The notes under the pieces were generated by a model that did not search any database, had not been told where the DNA came from, and saw nothing but the letters and a program-made list of their open reading frames with translations. Positions 36,518 through 46,494 of a DNA stretch of 64,000 nucleotides are shown here, piece after piece. Position 1 is the first letter of the stretch, and every line of letters starts with the position of its first letter. The DNA is from Candidatus Latescibacterota bacterium. GTDB taxonomy: Bacteria; Krumholzibacteriota; Krumholzibacteriia; Krumholzibacteriales; Krumholzibacteriaceae. The translations under genes were made by a program, and so were the position numbers. The DNA lies in contig JAHOYU010000078.1 of assembly GCA_019038625.1 (NCBI GenBank), positions 1,687-65,686 on the forward strand, given 5' to 3'.

Positions 36518-36549
36518 AAAACTGAACAGGCTCGCAATTTCTGGAAAAA

Positions 36550-36583
36550 CCCGTGGAGAACAGTCTCCGCGGGTTTCTTTTTT
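36550..36583. terminator. Bidirectional intrinsic terminator between convergent hycI (+) and iorB (-)
   Basis: CCCGTGGAGA-acag-TCTCCGCGGG hairpin followed by TTTCTTTTTT; A-rich tract upstream allows function on both strands. Confidence 0.5.
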
Positions 36584-36611
36584 CCTGGGTCCCTGGTTTT
36601 GAAGGCCGACT

Positions 36612-37193
36612 CTATTTTACTTCCCTGCCCGCCATGAATGCCTTCTTGTTCAATTCACCGGTCCCCTTGGGAGCCATACGCTCGATGACCTTCAGCCAGG
36701 TCTCCTCCTCTATCTCAAGAGAGAGAGAAAGAACACCCAGAAGGATCGTGTTGACCAGGCGCGAATTGCCGAGGTCCATAGCGATCTGATATGCATCAAC
36801 TACGATAGCTCCTGGAACGAGAGTTTTTATCTTATCGACGACCTTTTCGGGATAGAAGAACTTGCCGGTCGTTGTGATCGTCGGGATGATCTTCTGCTCG
36901 TTGATGATGATATTGCCATCAGGATGAAGATCGCCAACCCAGCGAAGAGCTTCGGCCAGCTCGAAAGCCAGGATAACGTTGGCCTCCCGTGAGGGGATAA
37001 GTGGAGACATCACCTCTTCGCCGAATCTGATGTGGCTTGTCACTATCCCACCCCTCTGGGACATCCCATGCACTTCACTCTTTTTCGCGTCCAGCCCGCT
37101 TTCTTTTGCTACTTCGGTGAGGATCTCGCTGGCCAGAAGTACCCCCTGCCCTCCGACTCCGACGATCAGAACATTTGTAGTGCCGTTTTTCAT
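36612..37193 (-). CDS. iorB: Indolepyruvate:ferredoxin oxidoreductase beta subunit
   Basis: 'NVLIVGVGGQGVLLASEIL' N-terminus of IorB/2-oxoacid:Fd oxidoreductase gamma-like subunits; start trimmed to 'MKNGTT'. Confidence 0.7.
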   Translation of the reverse strand: MKNGTTNVLIVGVGGQGVLLASEILTEVAKESGLDAKKSEVHGMSQRGGIVTSHIRFGEEVMSPLIPSREANVILAFELAEALRWVGDLHPDGNIIINEQKIIPTITTTGKFFYPEKVVDKIKTLVPGAIVVDAYQIAMDLGNSRLVNTILLGVLSLSLEIEEETWLKVIERMAPKGTGELNKKAFMAGREVK

Positions 37194-37222
37194 ATCTCGG
37201 GTCCTTTCTATTTCAGTCCTGA

Positions 37223-38995
37223 TCAGGATTCGATCTTTACTATGGCATCGACGGGACAGACCTGTGCACATATGGTGCAGCCGGTACAGGTGTACTCGTC
37301 TATTACTGCTTTAGGTCTGCCCTTTTCGTTAGTCTCTTCCGAGATCGATATAGACGGGCAGCCTACATTGAAACAGGCACCACAGGCGATACAGTTGTCG
37401 GCTTCTACCGTGTAGGGTTCGTCCTTGATCTTTTTAGGAAAGAGCATGCAGGGCCTGTTGGTGATTATCACCGAGACGGCTTCCCTGTCCAGTTCTTCTT
37501 TAAGGACCTTGTATGACTCATCAACGTCATATGGATCGACTTCGCGGACATGCTTCACACCGACGGCCCTGCAGATCTCAGCGAGATTGACAGGCTCAAC
37601 GGCGTCTCCCATAAGAGTCTTCGATGTCGAGGGGTTGTCCTGCCCTCCAGTCATCGCGGTGATCCTGTTGTCGACGATGATATTCGTCGTAGTGCCTCCG
37701 TTGTACACTACGCTGGCCAGGGCTGTGATGCCGCTGTGAAGGAAGGTGCTGTCCCCGATCAGGGCGACTGCCTTCTTTTCGGTCTTGCCGGCCCTTTCAA
37801 TGCCGAACGCGTTGCCGATCGAGGCGCCCATGCAGAGGCAGGAATCTATCTGGTTCAGTGGTGGAAGCGCGCCCAGAGTGTAACAACCGATATCTCCGTT
37901 TGTATAGACTCCAGCCTTTTTCAGAGCCACCATGATGCCCCTGTGAGGGCACCCTGAGCAAAGGACCGGAGGACGAGGAAGGACTGATTCTGTCTCAACC
38001 GATTCAGGCATGACAGATGAATCGAGTACTCCCGCCTCGATGAAGCCTTTCCGGACGCGGTCTACATTGAGTTCCATGTGATTGGAGAAGAACTTCTTGC
38101 CCTCGACCTTGATCCCCTCGGCGGCTATGATCTCCTCGTAGAATCCTTCGAGTTCTTCTACTACAAAAAGTCTGTCGACTTTTGAAGCAAATTCGCGGAT
38201 CTTTTTTATCGGTAGAGGGTACCCCATGCCGAGCTTGAGGATACTCGCATCGGGCATCGCCTCGCGGGCGTGCTGGTAAGCGATCGCCCCGGTGATAATA
38301 CCGATCTTTTTGTCGTTCCATTCTATATAGTTGATCTCCGAAGTCTCGGCGTATTCCTTGAGCTTTTCAAGGCGCTCAATCACCAGTTTGTGTCTTTTAG
38401 CGGCATAAGCAGGGACCATTACGTACTTTTCTATATTTCTCTCGAACCCCTTGTTTTCTACGGTCTTGCGTTCGCCTATCTCGACCAGGCCCTTGGCGTG
38501 GCAGATCCTGGTAGTAAGCCTGAGAATTACAGGAGTATCGAACTGCTCGCTTATCTCGAATCCGATCTTGACGAAATCCTTCGCTTCCTGGCTTGTCGAT
38601 GGTTCAAGCACCGGGACAGAAGCCATTTTTCCGTAATACCGGTTGTCCTGTTCATTCTGGGATGAGTGGAGGCTCGGATCGTCTGCGCTGACAATGATCA
38701 GGCCAGCCCCTACTCCAGTATATGAAAGGGTCATGAACGCATCGGCAGCGACATTGAGCCCGACATGTTTCATCGCGGCCAGTGTCCTGGCTCCGCCGTA
38801 GCTGGCGCCTACTGCTACTTCCAGAGCCACTTTCTCGTTTACCGCCCACTCGGCGTAAACGTCGTCCTTGAAAAACTTCGCTATGACCTGAAGTATCTCC
38901 GTGCTCGGAGTGCCCGGATAGGCCGAGGCGAATTCGCCGCCGTATTCGTACATACCGCGGGCAAGCGCCTGGTTGCCGGAAAGCAGCATTGCCAT
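37223..38995 (-). CDS. iorA: Indolepyruvate:ferredoxin oxidoreductase alpha subunit (TPP-dependent, C-terminal 2x[4Fe-4S])
   Basis: 590 aa, TPP-binding 'GDSTFLHSG' region, C-terminal 'CIACGACFNVGCP...CTGCTICAQVCP'. Confidence 0.8.
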   Translation of the reverse strand: MAMLLSGNQALARGMYEYGGEFASAYPGTPSTEILQVIAKFFKDDVYAEWAVNEKVALEVAVGASYGGARTLAAMKHVGLNVAADAFMTLSYTGVGAGLIIVSADDPSLHSSQNEQDNRYYGKMASVPVLEPSTSQEAKDFVKIGFEISEQFDTPVILRLTTRICHAKGLVEIGERKTVENKGFERNIEKYVMVPAYAAKRHKLVIERLEKLKEYAETSEINYIEWNDKKIGIITGAIAYQHAREAMPDASILKLGMGYPLPIKKIREFASKVDRLFVVEELEGFYEEIIAAEGIKVEGKKFFSNHMELNVDRVRKGFIEAGVLDSSVMPESVETESVLPRPPVLCSGCPHRGIMVALKKAGVYTNGDIGCYTLGALPPLNQIDSCLCMGASIGNAFGIERAGKTEKKAVALIGDSTFLHSGITALASVVYNGGTTTNIIVDNRITAMTGGQDNPSTSKTLMGDAVEPVNLAEICRAVGVKHVREVDPYDVDESYKVLKEELDREAVSVIITNRPCMLFPKKIKDEPYTVEADNCIACGACFNVGCPSISISEETNEKGRPKAVIDEYTCTGCTICAQVCPVDAIVKIES

Positions 38996-39191
38996 ATTCT
39001 TAGTCCTCCTGTTTCATTTATTGATAGCCGACTTACTTTCTTTCATTATCAGCTAAAGATAGCCCCTCCACCATAAAGGAAAAGTAAAAAATACTCAATA
39101 GACCAGTTTATTTCGGTATATAAAAAATGATTAGCCAAGCTCTCCGGAATCCGTTATTATCAAAGGAGTTAATGAGCAGGAGGATAATCAG

Positions 39192-40379
39192 ATGAGTGCA
39201 GGCCCCACCTATGTCACAGATGGTGAAATAAAGCCATTCGACGAGCGCGATACAGTCTTTTCCAGAGAAGCTCTTGTCGAGGGTTCTCCCAACGAGGTCG
39301 CATATCATTCCCTGCACCCCGAGAATATCGAAATCGACAGAAAACTTGCCAGATTCATTACCCTGAAAATGGAGCCGGGCGGCAGTGACGATCTACTTGC
39401 CGATGCCATATATGAGGCTCATTTCAAGAGTTCCGCGGCACTTGCCCTTCCGGACATGGTAGACGGTGAACCGGCGCTTGAGAAGGCAGACTGGTCACCT
39501 GCCGAGGCGGCGGCAAAGGTTAAGGCCTTTGCGCGGGCCATCGGAGCAGATGATGTGAGGATCGGCCCGTTGAAACAGGAATGGGTATACAGCCACAGGG
39601 GATCGAGGCCATTCTTTGAGGGCGGATATACGAACGCCCCGTATTTCAGTGGTATACCGGAAGGATACCAGGGGGCAAAGTATGGTGGCCCGATAGAACT
39701 GAAGCATTCCGGCGCCATATCGATGGCTTTTGATCAGAAAAAGGAACTGGTCGGTACCGGTTCGACGAGGGCTGTGGATTTCGAGGTCGGCAGGGTCTAC
39801 GCGAAGAGCGTGCTTGTTTCGGTTCAGCTTGCCAGATTCATCAGGGCATTGGGCTATCCTGCCAGGGCTCACCACCTTAGAAATTATTTGATCATGCTGG
39901 TCCCTGTTGCCGTCGATTCAGGTATCGGCGAACTCGGGAGGTGTGGATATCTTGTCAGCCGACAGTCCGGCGCGAATTTCCGGCTGGCTGCGGTGACCAC
40001 CGATCTGCCTCTTGAGTTTGACGACCCGGTCGACATAGGGATGCAGGATTTCTGCGATAAATGCAAAAAATGCGCTGTTACCTGTCCTTCGGGCGCGATT
40101 CCTCTCGAAAAGACCCTGGTGAACGGTAGCTGGAGATGGAAGCTCAACCCCGAAGCATGTCTCCAGTACTGGGGCCACACCGGATATACCTGCGGGATAT
40201 GCCAGGCGGTGTGTCCATGGACGAAGCCTAAGAACATATTTCACCGTACTATCGCGAGCGCGGCGGTCAATCTTCCATGGATCAGGCGGGCTCTCGTCAA
40301 GGGAGACGATATTGTCTACGGGGCCGGATTCAGCCCTCTGCCTGTACCACGATGGCTCGAGGATGAACAGAAGTCCTGA
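39192..40379 (+). CDS. Reductive-dehalogenase-like / QueG-family Fe-S protein (cytoplasmic; no Tat signal)
   Basis: C-terminal 'CDKCKKCAVTCP' and 'CGICQAVCPW' 4Fe-4S pair, placed as in RdhA-superfamily proteins. No RR motif at the N-terminus. Confidence 0.4.
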   Translation: MSAGPTYVTDGEIKPFDERDTVFSREALVEGSPNEVAYHSLHPENIEIDRKLARFITLKMEPGGSDDLLADAIYEAHFKSSAALALPDMVDGEPALEKADWSPAEAAAKVKAFARAIGADDVRIGPLKQEWVYSHRGSRPFFEGGYTNAPYFSGIPEGYQGAKYGGPIELKHSGAISMAFDQKKELVGTGSTRAVDFEVGRVYAKSVLVSVQLARFIRALGYPARAHHLRNYLIMLVPVAVDSGIGELGRCGYLVSRQSGANFRLAAVTTDLPLEFDDPVDIGMQDFCDKCKKCAVTCPSGAIPLEKTLVNGSWRWKLNPEACLQYWGHTGYTCGICQAVCPWTKPKNIFHRTIASAAVNLPWIRRALVKGDDIVYGAGFSPLPVPRWLEDEQKS

Positions 40380-40404
40380 GTTTTCCCCGACTGTGCCTGA
40401 TCTG

Positions 40405-41544
40405 TCAGACAGCGCGTCTGCGGAAGTGGATTGCGCGAATGGCCAGAATGATCGAGACGAAAAGAAGTGACCCAGCCGAAAGTATGATGGTGAATTTTCT
40501 CTCCGGTAACGGGAATCTCGCCATGGAATGGTGAAGGGACGAAAAAAGCCCTGCCGCAAGGATAAGCCCCCGGATCATCTTACCACCCATGTCAGGCCTG
40601 TCCAGTATCCCCGCGATCAGGGCGAAGAAGGAGATCGCAGCTGGAGCCATCAGCCTTTCGTTGTTTGAACCGAAGAACGCGCTTACCAGGACCAGGATGA
40701 AAAACAGGGAGATGTCGGTATTTTCCCTGACAAAACGCCCCGTTTCCCTGAAAAATATAAGGGGAAGAAATGTCAGGGGGATAAACGGGTTCAGAAGGAG
40801 CCCGAACCATGTCATGGGGTATTTCAATTTACCACCGTAGTGGACGGCAGCTTCGAATAGAGACATTCCTCCGACAGGCGGGATCACGAGGCGGATGACT
40901 ACGAAGACTATCAAAGCCGGCAGAACGACGAGGATCGGGTTTTTCCAGTTCCCCGGGAGTCGTCCCTTAATAAAGTCATACAGGAACAGAACCGGTATCA
41001 TGAGAAGGGCCAGTTCTCCTGAGGCGGCTCCCACGGCAAGAGCCACGCTGAATACTATTCTTCTGTCATTACGCAGCGCAAGAAACATTACGGCCACAAG
41101 GGCCATGGATAATGTGTCTTTTACCTGAAATATGTTCCAGTTGCCTGAACCGAACAGATGCTTGTTGAGTACGAGCATGACGAGAGCGAGGAAGGCCGAT
41201 GAGCGGGAGATCCCCATCGAGATAAACAAAAAATAGAGGCAGATGACCATAGCGAGAGAGGAAAATATGGTGAGCAGTTGGAAACCTGCTATCCTGCCGT
41301 CTCCCGCGAGACCTGAAAGGTACGGGCCAAGGAGTCTGTATGAGAAAGGCCGGGGCACTTCCATATCGACCGAGGGAGACGCGTCAGCTATCAGCCGATA
41401 ATATTTGAGGTCCATATCGACGAATGGACTGGAAGCGTAGTCGATCCGGCCGTAGAAGAAAATGGCGGCGAGAGTGACAAGGATCAATAAAGGTATTCTT
41501 TTATCCATAGTTCCGGGTCTCGTCAGCGGTACCATACAGTCCAC
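40405..41544 (-). CDS. Polytopic integral membrane protein (possible glycosyltransferase-C-fold/DUF2029-like), hypothetical
   Basis: ~10 predicted TM helices from hydrophobicity; no recognised catalytic motif; start may be 'MDKRIPLL'. Confidence 0.35.
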   Translation of the reverse strand: MDCMVPLTRPGTMDKRIPLLILVTLAAIFFYGRIDYASSPFVDMDLKYYRLIADASPSVDMEVPRPFSYRLLGPYLSGLAGDGRIAGFQLLTIFSSLAMVICLYFLFISMGISRSSAFLALVMLVLNKHLFGSGNWNIFQVKDTLSMALVAVMFLALRNDRRIVFSVALAVGAASGELALLMIPVLFLYDFIKGRLPGNWKNPILVVLPALIVFVVIRLVIPPVGGMSLFEAAVHYGGKLKYPMTWFGLLLNPFIPLTFLPLIFFRETGRFVRENTDISLFFILVLVSAFFGSNNERLMAPAAISFFALIAGILDRPDMGGKMIRGLILAAGLFSSLHHSMARFPLPERKFTIILSAGSLLFVSIILAIRAIHFRRRAV

Positions 41545-42047
41545 AGGTCGCTGGATCCTCTTATTGCCGTGATGAAGAATGGGCCATAATCCGTGCCGCG
41601 TTCAGGATATGGTGTAAATCCTGCCATCGGAGTCGAGAGAAGAAGTTCTTTTAATCTTTTGGAAAAGACCGGGGATTCAAGGTCAGCCCTTATCGTGACC
41701 CTGAATGCCGGCCAGCATGGGCCGCTGGCAATTTGAATCAGTTCGGACCTGCCCGTGACGTCGATACCGACAGAATCGATCAGCGCTGTAAGCTCGATCG
41801 CGACATCCCGAAAGAGTTTTTTTCCGCGGTCCTCGATCGATCTCAGTTCGATCCGGCCTGTTCCGGTCGATCCGTGGACAATCGGAATAGCGATCCCGAT
41901 ACAGATCGTATCGATAGAGCATCCTCCTACCATTTTTTCTGTTCCAGCTTCTTTCTTCTTCTGTGAAGAAGCTCCGCTGCAGCAGGTAAGGGCGAGGATC
42001 ATAACGAATGAAAACAGGCAGGCCGGCATAGTCATTCTTCTCATCAT
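41523..42047 (-). CDS. Putative lipoprotein, hypothetical
   Basis: Signal peptide with lipobox-like 'LALTCCSG'. Confidence 0.35.
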   Translation of the reverse strand: MMRRMTMPACLFSFVMILALTCCSGASSQKKKEAGTEKMVGGCSIDTICIGIAIPIVHGSTGTGRIELRSIEDRGKKLFRDVAIELTALIDSVGIDVTGRSELIQIASGPCWPAFRVTIRADLESPVFSKRLKELLLSTPMAGFTPYPERGTDYGPFFITAIRGSSDLWTVWYR

Positions 42048-42079
42048 GGTCTCTCTCCCTGAAAGGATCTCCCGCGTGC

Positions 42080-42751
42080 TCAGTAAGGCCTTGGGGGTTT
42101 CAACCAGATATTTACGCCGATCCTAAGATCGAAAGATGAAAACCTGTCGTTGAGCGGCTTCTCCGCACTGTCCCGGATCGCGTCATGATGGCTGGTTTCC
42201 AGAAAGGGCGAACTGAAACGTTTTTCAGAAAAGGATATCAAATATATGCCCTCGACAAGAAGGCTGATATTATCCTTGACCCGGTGCTCAAGTTGAAGGA
42301 CCGCCAGGCCCTCGAACCCGTCAAGTTTGCCGGTGCCGTTGATGAGGTTGGCCGAACCATAGCCGAGGCCGATGCCGACCCAGGGAACGAACGACTTGCT
42401 GTCCGGGCGGAGACATCTCTTGAAAACGAAAGCATAACTGTATTTCGTGAGGTCCGCGTCGAAGTTCTCAAAATCGTTCTGATAATGTATCGCCGGATAT
42501 CGCGATACAGCGACCCAGGCCTCGCCTGCCCAGCTTCCGTTCTGAAAAGTCTTTCCCAGGGATACCGCAAGGCCGTAGCCGACGGAGAGGTCTTCGTTGC
42601 CCTGAAGCGAAAGCTCGCTGGAAAGCGAGGGAAGGATAGGGTGGCTGCCGCCTCCCGAAGCCTTGAGGTAAAAACGATTTTCCCCCGCGGCCGAAATGGA
42701 CGGGATCACCGCTATCAGAGTCGTGATGATAAACAGACTAAGCGCTTTCAC
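42080..42751 (-). CDS. Putative small outer-membrane beta-barrel protein, hypothetical
   Basis: Signal peptide 'MKALSLFIITTLIAVIPSISAAG'; alternating hydrophobic pattern; aromatic-rich C-terminus. Confidence 0.35.
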   Translation of the reverse strand: MKALSLFIITTLIAVIPSISAAGENRFYLKASGGGSHPILPSLSSELSLQGNEDLSVGYGLAVSLGKTFQNGSWAGEAWVAVSRYPAIHYQNDFENFDADLTKYSYAFVFKRCLRPDSKSFVPWVGIGLGYGSANLINGTGKLDGFEGLAVLQLEHRVKDNISLLVEGIYLISFSEKRFSSPFLETSHHDAIRDSAEKPLNDRFSSFDLRIGVNIWLKPPRPY

Positions 42752-42783
42752 ATGTGCCTCCTGCGGGCTCAGGCCGGATGAAC

Positions 42784-43245
42784 TTACAGCAGAGGGCCAC
42801 TGCCGGGGATGATATCGTCCGCCGCACCCGGTTCATCGTTCGGTAATGTCGGATTTTCCTGAAGTGCTGGGCGTTCTTTTCCTGATATATTCATTTCGAT
42901 CCATTCCTTCAGGGGATCGAGAGGGATCAGGCCCGTGTGGCTCTCGACCGGTTTTCCATCACGGAAGAAGAAGATCGCCGGGACGCCCTTTATACCGAGT
43001 CTCGAAGCGGTTGCCGGGTTCTTTGTGACGTCGAGCTTGAAGAACCTTGCCTGATCAGCGTAGTCGGGGCCGACTTCGTTGAGTAGACCTCCCATTACCT
43101 GGCAGGATGAACACCAAAGACTGAAGCAATAGACAAAACAGGGCAGTCCACTTTCCGCTATTTCCTCGTCGAACCGTTCATCGGTCAACGGGGCGGGTTC
43201 TCCCGGTTTGGTCTCAAGTCCGAGAAGTCTTTTAATAAATCCCAT
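42784..43245 (-). CDS. Thioredoxin-like protein with non-canonical WCSSC active site
   Basis: 'VYCFSLWCSSCQVMGG...GIKGVPAIFFFRDGKPV' thioredoxin fold; start trimmed to 'MGFIKRL'. Confidence 0.55.
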   Translation of the reverse strand: MGFIKRLLGLETKPGEPAPLTDERFDEEIAESGLPCFVYCFSLWCSSCQVMGGLLNEVGPDYADQARFFKLDVTKNPATASRLGIKGVPAIFFFRDGKPVESHTGLIPLDPLKEWIEMNISGKERPALQENPTLPNDEPGAADDIIPGSGPLL

Positions 43246-43408
43246 CGGATCCCCTTTCTGTACCGGTCCAATATAACATTTCGGAGGTGTATTCTCCATA
43301 AAAAGAGATGTTCAAAGAATCTCGTAAAAAAATGGAGCAAATCGACCGACGCAGCTTTATAATATATAGAAGCAGAAAATCATTGGGGACTAAAAAGGCG
43401 GTAGACCG

Positions 43409-44320
43409 ATGAAGAAACGAATTTTATTGAAGATCGCTGCCATGGTGATACTCGTGGTCACGTGGAGTGGGCTCTGTCCGGCAGAAGAACAGGCGGCCGA
43501 GGGCCTTCTGCCCGCATCCGGGCAGCTCGAAGGATGGGCCAGGGACGGGGATGTCATATCGTACCTGCCCGACAACTTGTGGGAGTATATAAACGGCTCT
43601 GCCGAAAGCTTTCTCATGTACGATTTCAGGCAGGTCGTGGCCATGCATTATCTCGATCCATCGGAACGGGAGATCAAGGTAGAGATCTATGATCATGGCA
43701 GTCCCCTGATGACATTCGGTATCTATTCGATGCTGAGAAGTCCTGACGCGGAATATCTGGAGATCGGTTGTGAGGCGTTCGGAGACGAGTATACGCTCCA
43801 TTTCTGGAAAGACAGGTTTTATGTAAAGGTCTATTCATACAGTGAAGGACCGGGGATGAAAGAGGCGATGAAGACTTTCGCCGCTGAGATCGCAAAAACG
43901 ATAAAAGGGTTTGGAGGGGAACCTTCCGAGGTGGCGCTGTTCCCGAAGGAAGATCTTGTAAAGAAAAGCATCACTTATATGACAACAGGTGTCATGAGCA
44001 GTTCAAAGCTGCCCCCCGCATTCGTTGCCCGGTATGAAAGAGATTCCGTGAAGGGGAAGGTGTATCTGTTCACATCTCCAGATGCGGATGAGGCTGCGGG
44101 GCTTATATCTTCGTACGCGGAGATGATAGGAACCGGAGTTGAAAAGGCTGAACTTTCCGGAGTCAGTTGCCTGATGGTGGATGGTGAGGCTCCCTATAGA
44201 GGCCGGGTAGTCGCCGTACAGGTCGGCAGGTGGATGGCTGTGGTAACAGGTTTCGAAGAGGATCCGGCTCTTGCCGACAGTCTGGCAGGCAGGCTTGTCA
44301 CCGGGATCAACGGAAAATAA
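43409..44320 (+). CDS. Secreted hypothetical protein
   Basis: N-terminal signal peptide 'MKKRILLKIAAMVILVVTWSGLCPA'. Confidence 0.35.
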   Translation: MKKRILLKIAAMVILVVTWSGLCPAEEQAAEGLLPASGQLEGWARDGDVISYLPDNLWEYINGSAESFLMYDFRQVVAMHYLDPSEREIKVEIYDHGSPLMTFGIYSMLRSPDAEYLEIGCEAFGDEYTLHFWKDRFYVKVYSYSEGPGMKEAMKTFAAEIAKTIKGFGGEPSEVALFPKEDLVKKSITYMTTGVMSSSKLPPAFVARYERDSVKGKVYLFTSPDADEAAGLISSYAEMIGTGVEKAELSGVSCLMVDGEAPYRGRVVAVQVGRWMAVVTGFEEDPALADSLAGRLVTGINGK

Positions 44321-44419
44321 AAAGATCCGGTGTCTGGAACAGAATAATGAAAAGGCCCCTCAACGAGGGGCCTTTTTCTATAATATTTACCTGCCCGGAC
44401 CAGTGTCCGTGAGGGTCTT

Positions 44420-44998
44420 TTAATTGGGCATAAGCTGTTTGATCGCGCCCCAGCTGAACGATTCGGCTCCGGTCGTCGAGCATTCAGCGTCGACTCCCTG
44501 TACAGAATTCACATAGATGCTCGTGTATGCCTTGCAGGGTTCAATCGGCTGGCCCTCCAGGCAGTTAGAGAACTGGTATGCTGGCGTAGAAAGTCCCGGA
44601 TGTTCGATAATCCGTAATGTGTTCTTCGCGACCGTAGTGACCCAGAGGACCTGGGAGAGCGGAGCGTGCCATTCTGTCTGGCAGGTCAGGAAGCAGACGC
44701 TCATTCCGGTGTCGAGACCACCCATTGAGACCGAGATGTAATCTTCCAGTATCACCGCGGTCTTGATGATACCGGGGTCGTCTGAGTAGTCTATCGCGAA
44801 TTCGGCGCACATCTGCCCGTTCTCCCCCGGAAGGCACCAGATATACATGGTAAATGAATAGGTGGGAGTGCCCGGGGGACACCAGACCGAGTGTTCGGAG
44901 TCCACGAAGAGGCCGATATAGCCGAGCGGAGGTAACTGCGCAAGCGCCGCTGTGGAGATCAACATCAGGGCCAGGGTCATCAATAAGCATTTCTTCAT
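44420..44998 (-). CDS. Secreted Cys-rich hypothetical protein
   Basis: Signal peptide 'MKKCLLMTLALMLISTAALA'; 10 Cys. Confidence 0.35.
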   Translation of the reverse strand: MKKCLLMTLALMLISTAALAQLPPLGYIGLFVDSEHSVWCPPGTPTYSFTMYIWCLPGENGQMCAEFAIDYSDDPGIIKTAVILEDYISVSMGGLDTGMSVCFLTCQTEWHAPLSQVLWVTTVAKNTLRIIEHPGLSTPAYQFSNCLEGQPIEPCKAYTSIYVNSVQGVDAECSTTGAESFSWGAIKQLMPN

Positions 44999-45223
44999 TC
45001 TGGTTCCTCCCTTTCAATCGACAGGCTACTGTCAATTTTCCATTCACTGGCCGGGTGATTATCACTCATGGCCACCAGGGTGTTTCTGCGGCTGCATGTT
45101 TGCAGTAATCCAGTCCCCGATTGAAAAAACACCCGTTCCTCCAACTATCCTCTTCCATGCAAAGCAGGCTGTCAACCCATTTTTGACTATTTTACTTCAA
45201 ACAGATACAAGTACCGTGCCCTG

Positions 45224-46231
45224 TCATCCAAATATTTTCCCGGCTTTTTCAAGTAATTCAGGGATGGGGAGGTGATAGGGGCACTTCGCCAGGCATTCGC
45301 CGCACTCGGTGCAGGCATCATAAGATGTGTCGAGAGTGGCAAGCCGACTTCTGGCCCAGTCCTCCAGCCCGTAGCGCGTAAAGTAGACTTCGAGGAGAAG
45401 AAGGAATGGAATATTCAGCCCTGATGGACAGGGCAGGCAGTATCCGCAGCGCCGACAGAACAGTTCGCCCCAGAAAGATTTTTCTTCGGCGAGAATAGAG
45501 AGTTCTTTTTCAGTGAGTTTGTCCAGATTCTCACCAGCGGAGACGTTTTCATCGACCTGTTTGACAGAATCCATGCCTGGTATCGATACGGTCATCCCCC
45601 TGGTCAGTGTGAAACGTATCGAAAGGGACACATTATGAATGGCTCCCCCTGCCACGGGTTTCATGCCTATCGTTCCCATTCCGGCTTTGGCAGCCGCCGG
45701 GATCAAAGCATCTTCCCACTCGGTCTCTATAGGGTTGTACGGGAACTGGACAGTGTCGAAAAGGCCTGTTGCTACGGCTTTCAGAAGAATATCCTTCGAG
45801 TGTCCAGTGATCCCGATAAATCTGACCTTGCCTTCTTCCCTGGCCTTGACCAGCGCGGGATACGCTCCTCCCGGGCCGATGACTTTTTCCAGTTGCTGTT
45901 CCGAGCCGACGGCATGCAACTGGTAGAGATCGATCATCTCCGTGTCGAGTTTTTTCAGGCTTGTCTCGAGTTCGCCCATCATCGATCTGCCATCGCGGGA
46001 CATCGCTTTTGATGCCAGGTAGATCTTGTCGCGATGCTGCCCCAGGGCCCGGCCGATCTTTTCCTCGCTGTCGGTATATCCCCTGGCCGAATCAAAGAGA
46101 TTGATCCCGCCATCGAAAGCCCGCAGCAGGACTTTTTCTGCTTCTTCGAAAGAGAGGCCCTGTATCGGGATCCCACCGAACCCGACTACTGATACATTCA
46201 TATCTGTCTTACCGAGAATTCGTTTTTTCAT
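45224..46231 (-). CDS. Aldo/keto reductase with C-terminal Fe-S (ferredoxin-like) extension
   Basis: AKR N-terminus 'ILGKTDMNVSVVGFGGIPIQ' and a C-terminal Cys cluster 'CRRCGYCLPCPSGLNIP...CTECGECLAKCP'. Confidence 0.7.
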   Translation of the reverse strand: MKKRILGKTDMNVSVVGFGGIPIQGLSFEEAEKVLLRAFDGGINLFDSARGYTDSEEKIGRALGQHRDKIYLASKAMSRDGRSMMGELETSLKKLDTEMIDLYQLHAVGSEQQLEKVIGPGGAYPALVKAREEGKVRFIGITGHSKDILLKAVATGLFDTVQFPYNPIETEWEDALIPAAAKAGMGTIGMKPVAGGAIHNVSLSIRFTLTRGMTVSIPGMDSVKQVDENVSAGENLDKLTEKELSILAEEKSFWGELFCRRCGYCLPCPSGLNIPFLLLLEVYFTRYGLEDWARSRLATLDTSYDACTECGECLAKCPYHLPIPELLEKAGKIFG

Positions 46232-46494
46232 GGGGGGAGAATAACTCAATCGACGAATATTTGCCAGCACAACAAACGGAGCTTTCCTTCTGCCAGGTGT
46301 AAAAAGGATTATTTATTTAAATGACTCCACAACAACGCCGATAAGAATAAAGAATAACCTTTGATTAAATCAGGGGCGCGACATAGAATCGACCCAGAGA
46401 AACGGGTCTGAAAACACGGAAAGCAACAGTGAACAGAGTTGTACAATGACAGCGAAAGAGGCATCGTGGCCATGATCCTGTCGATGGAGGAATA

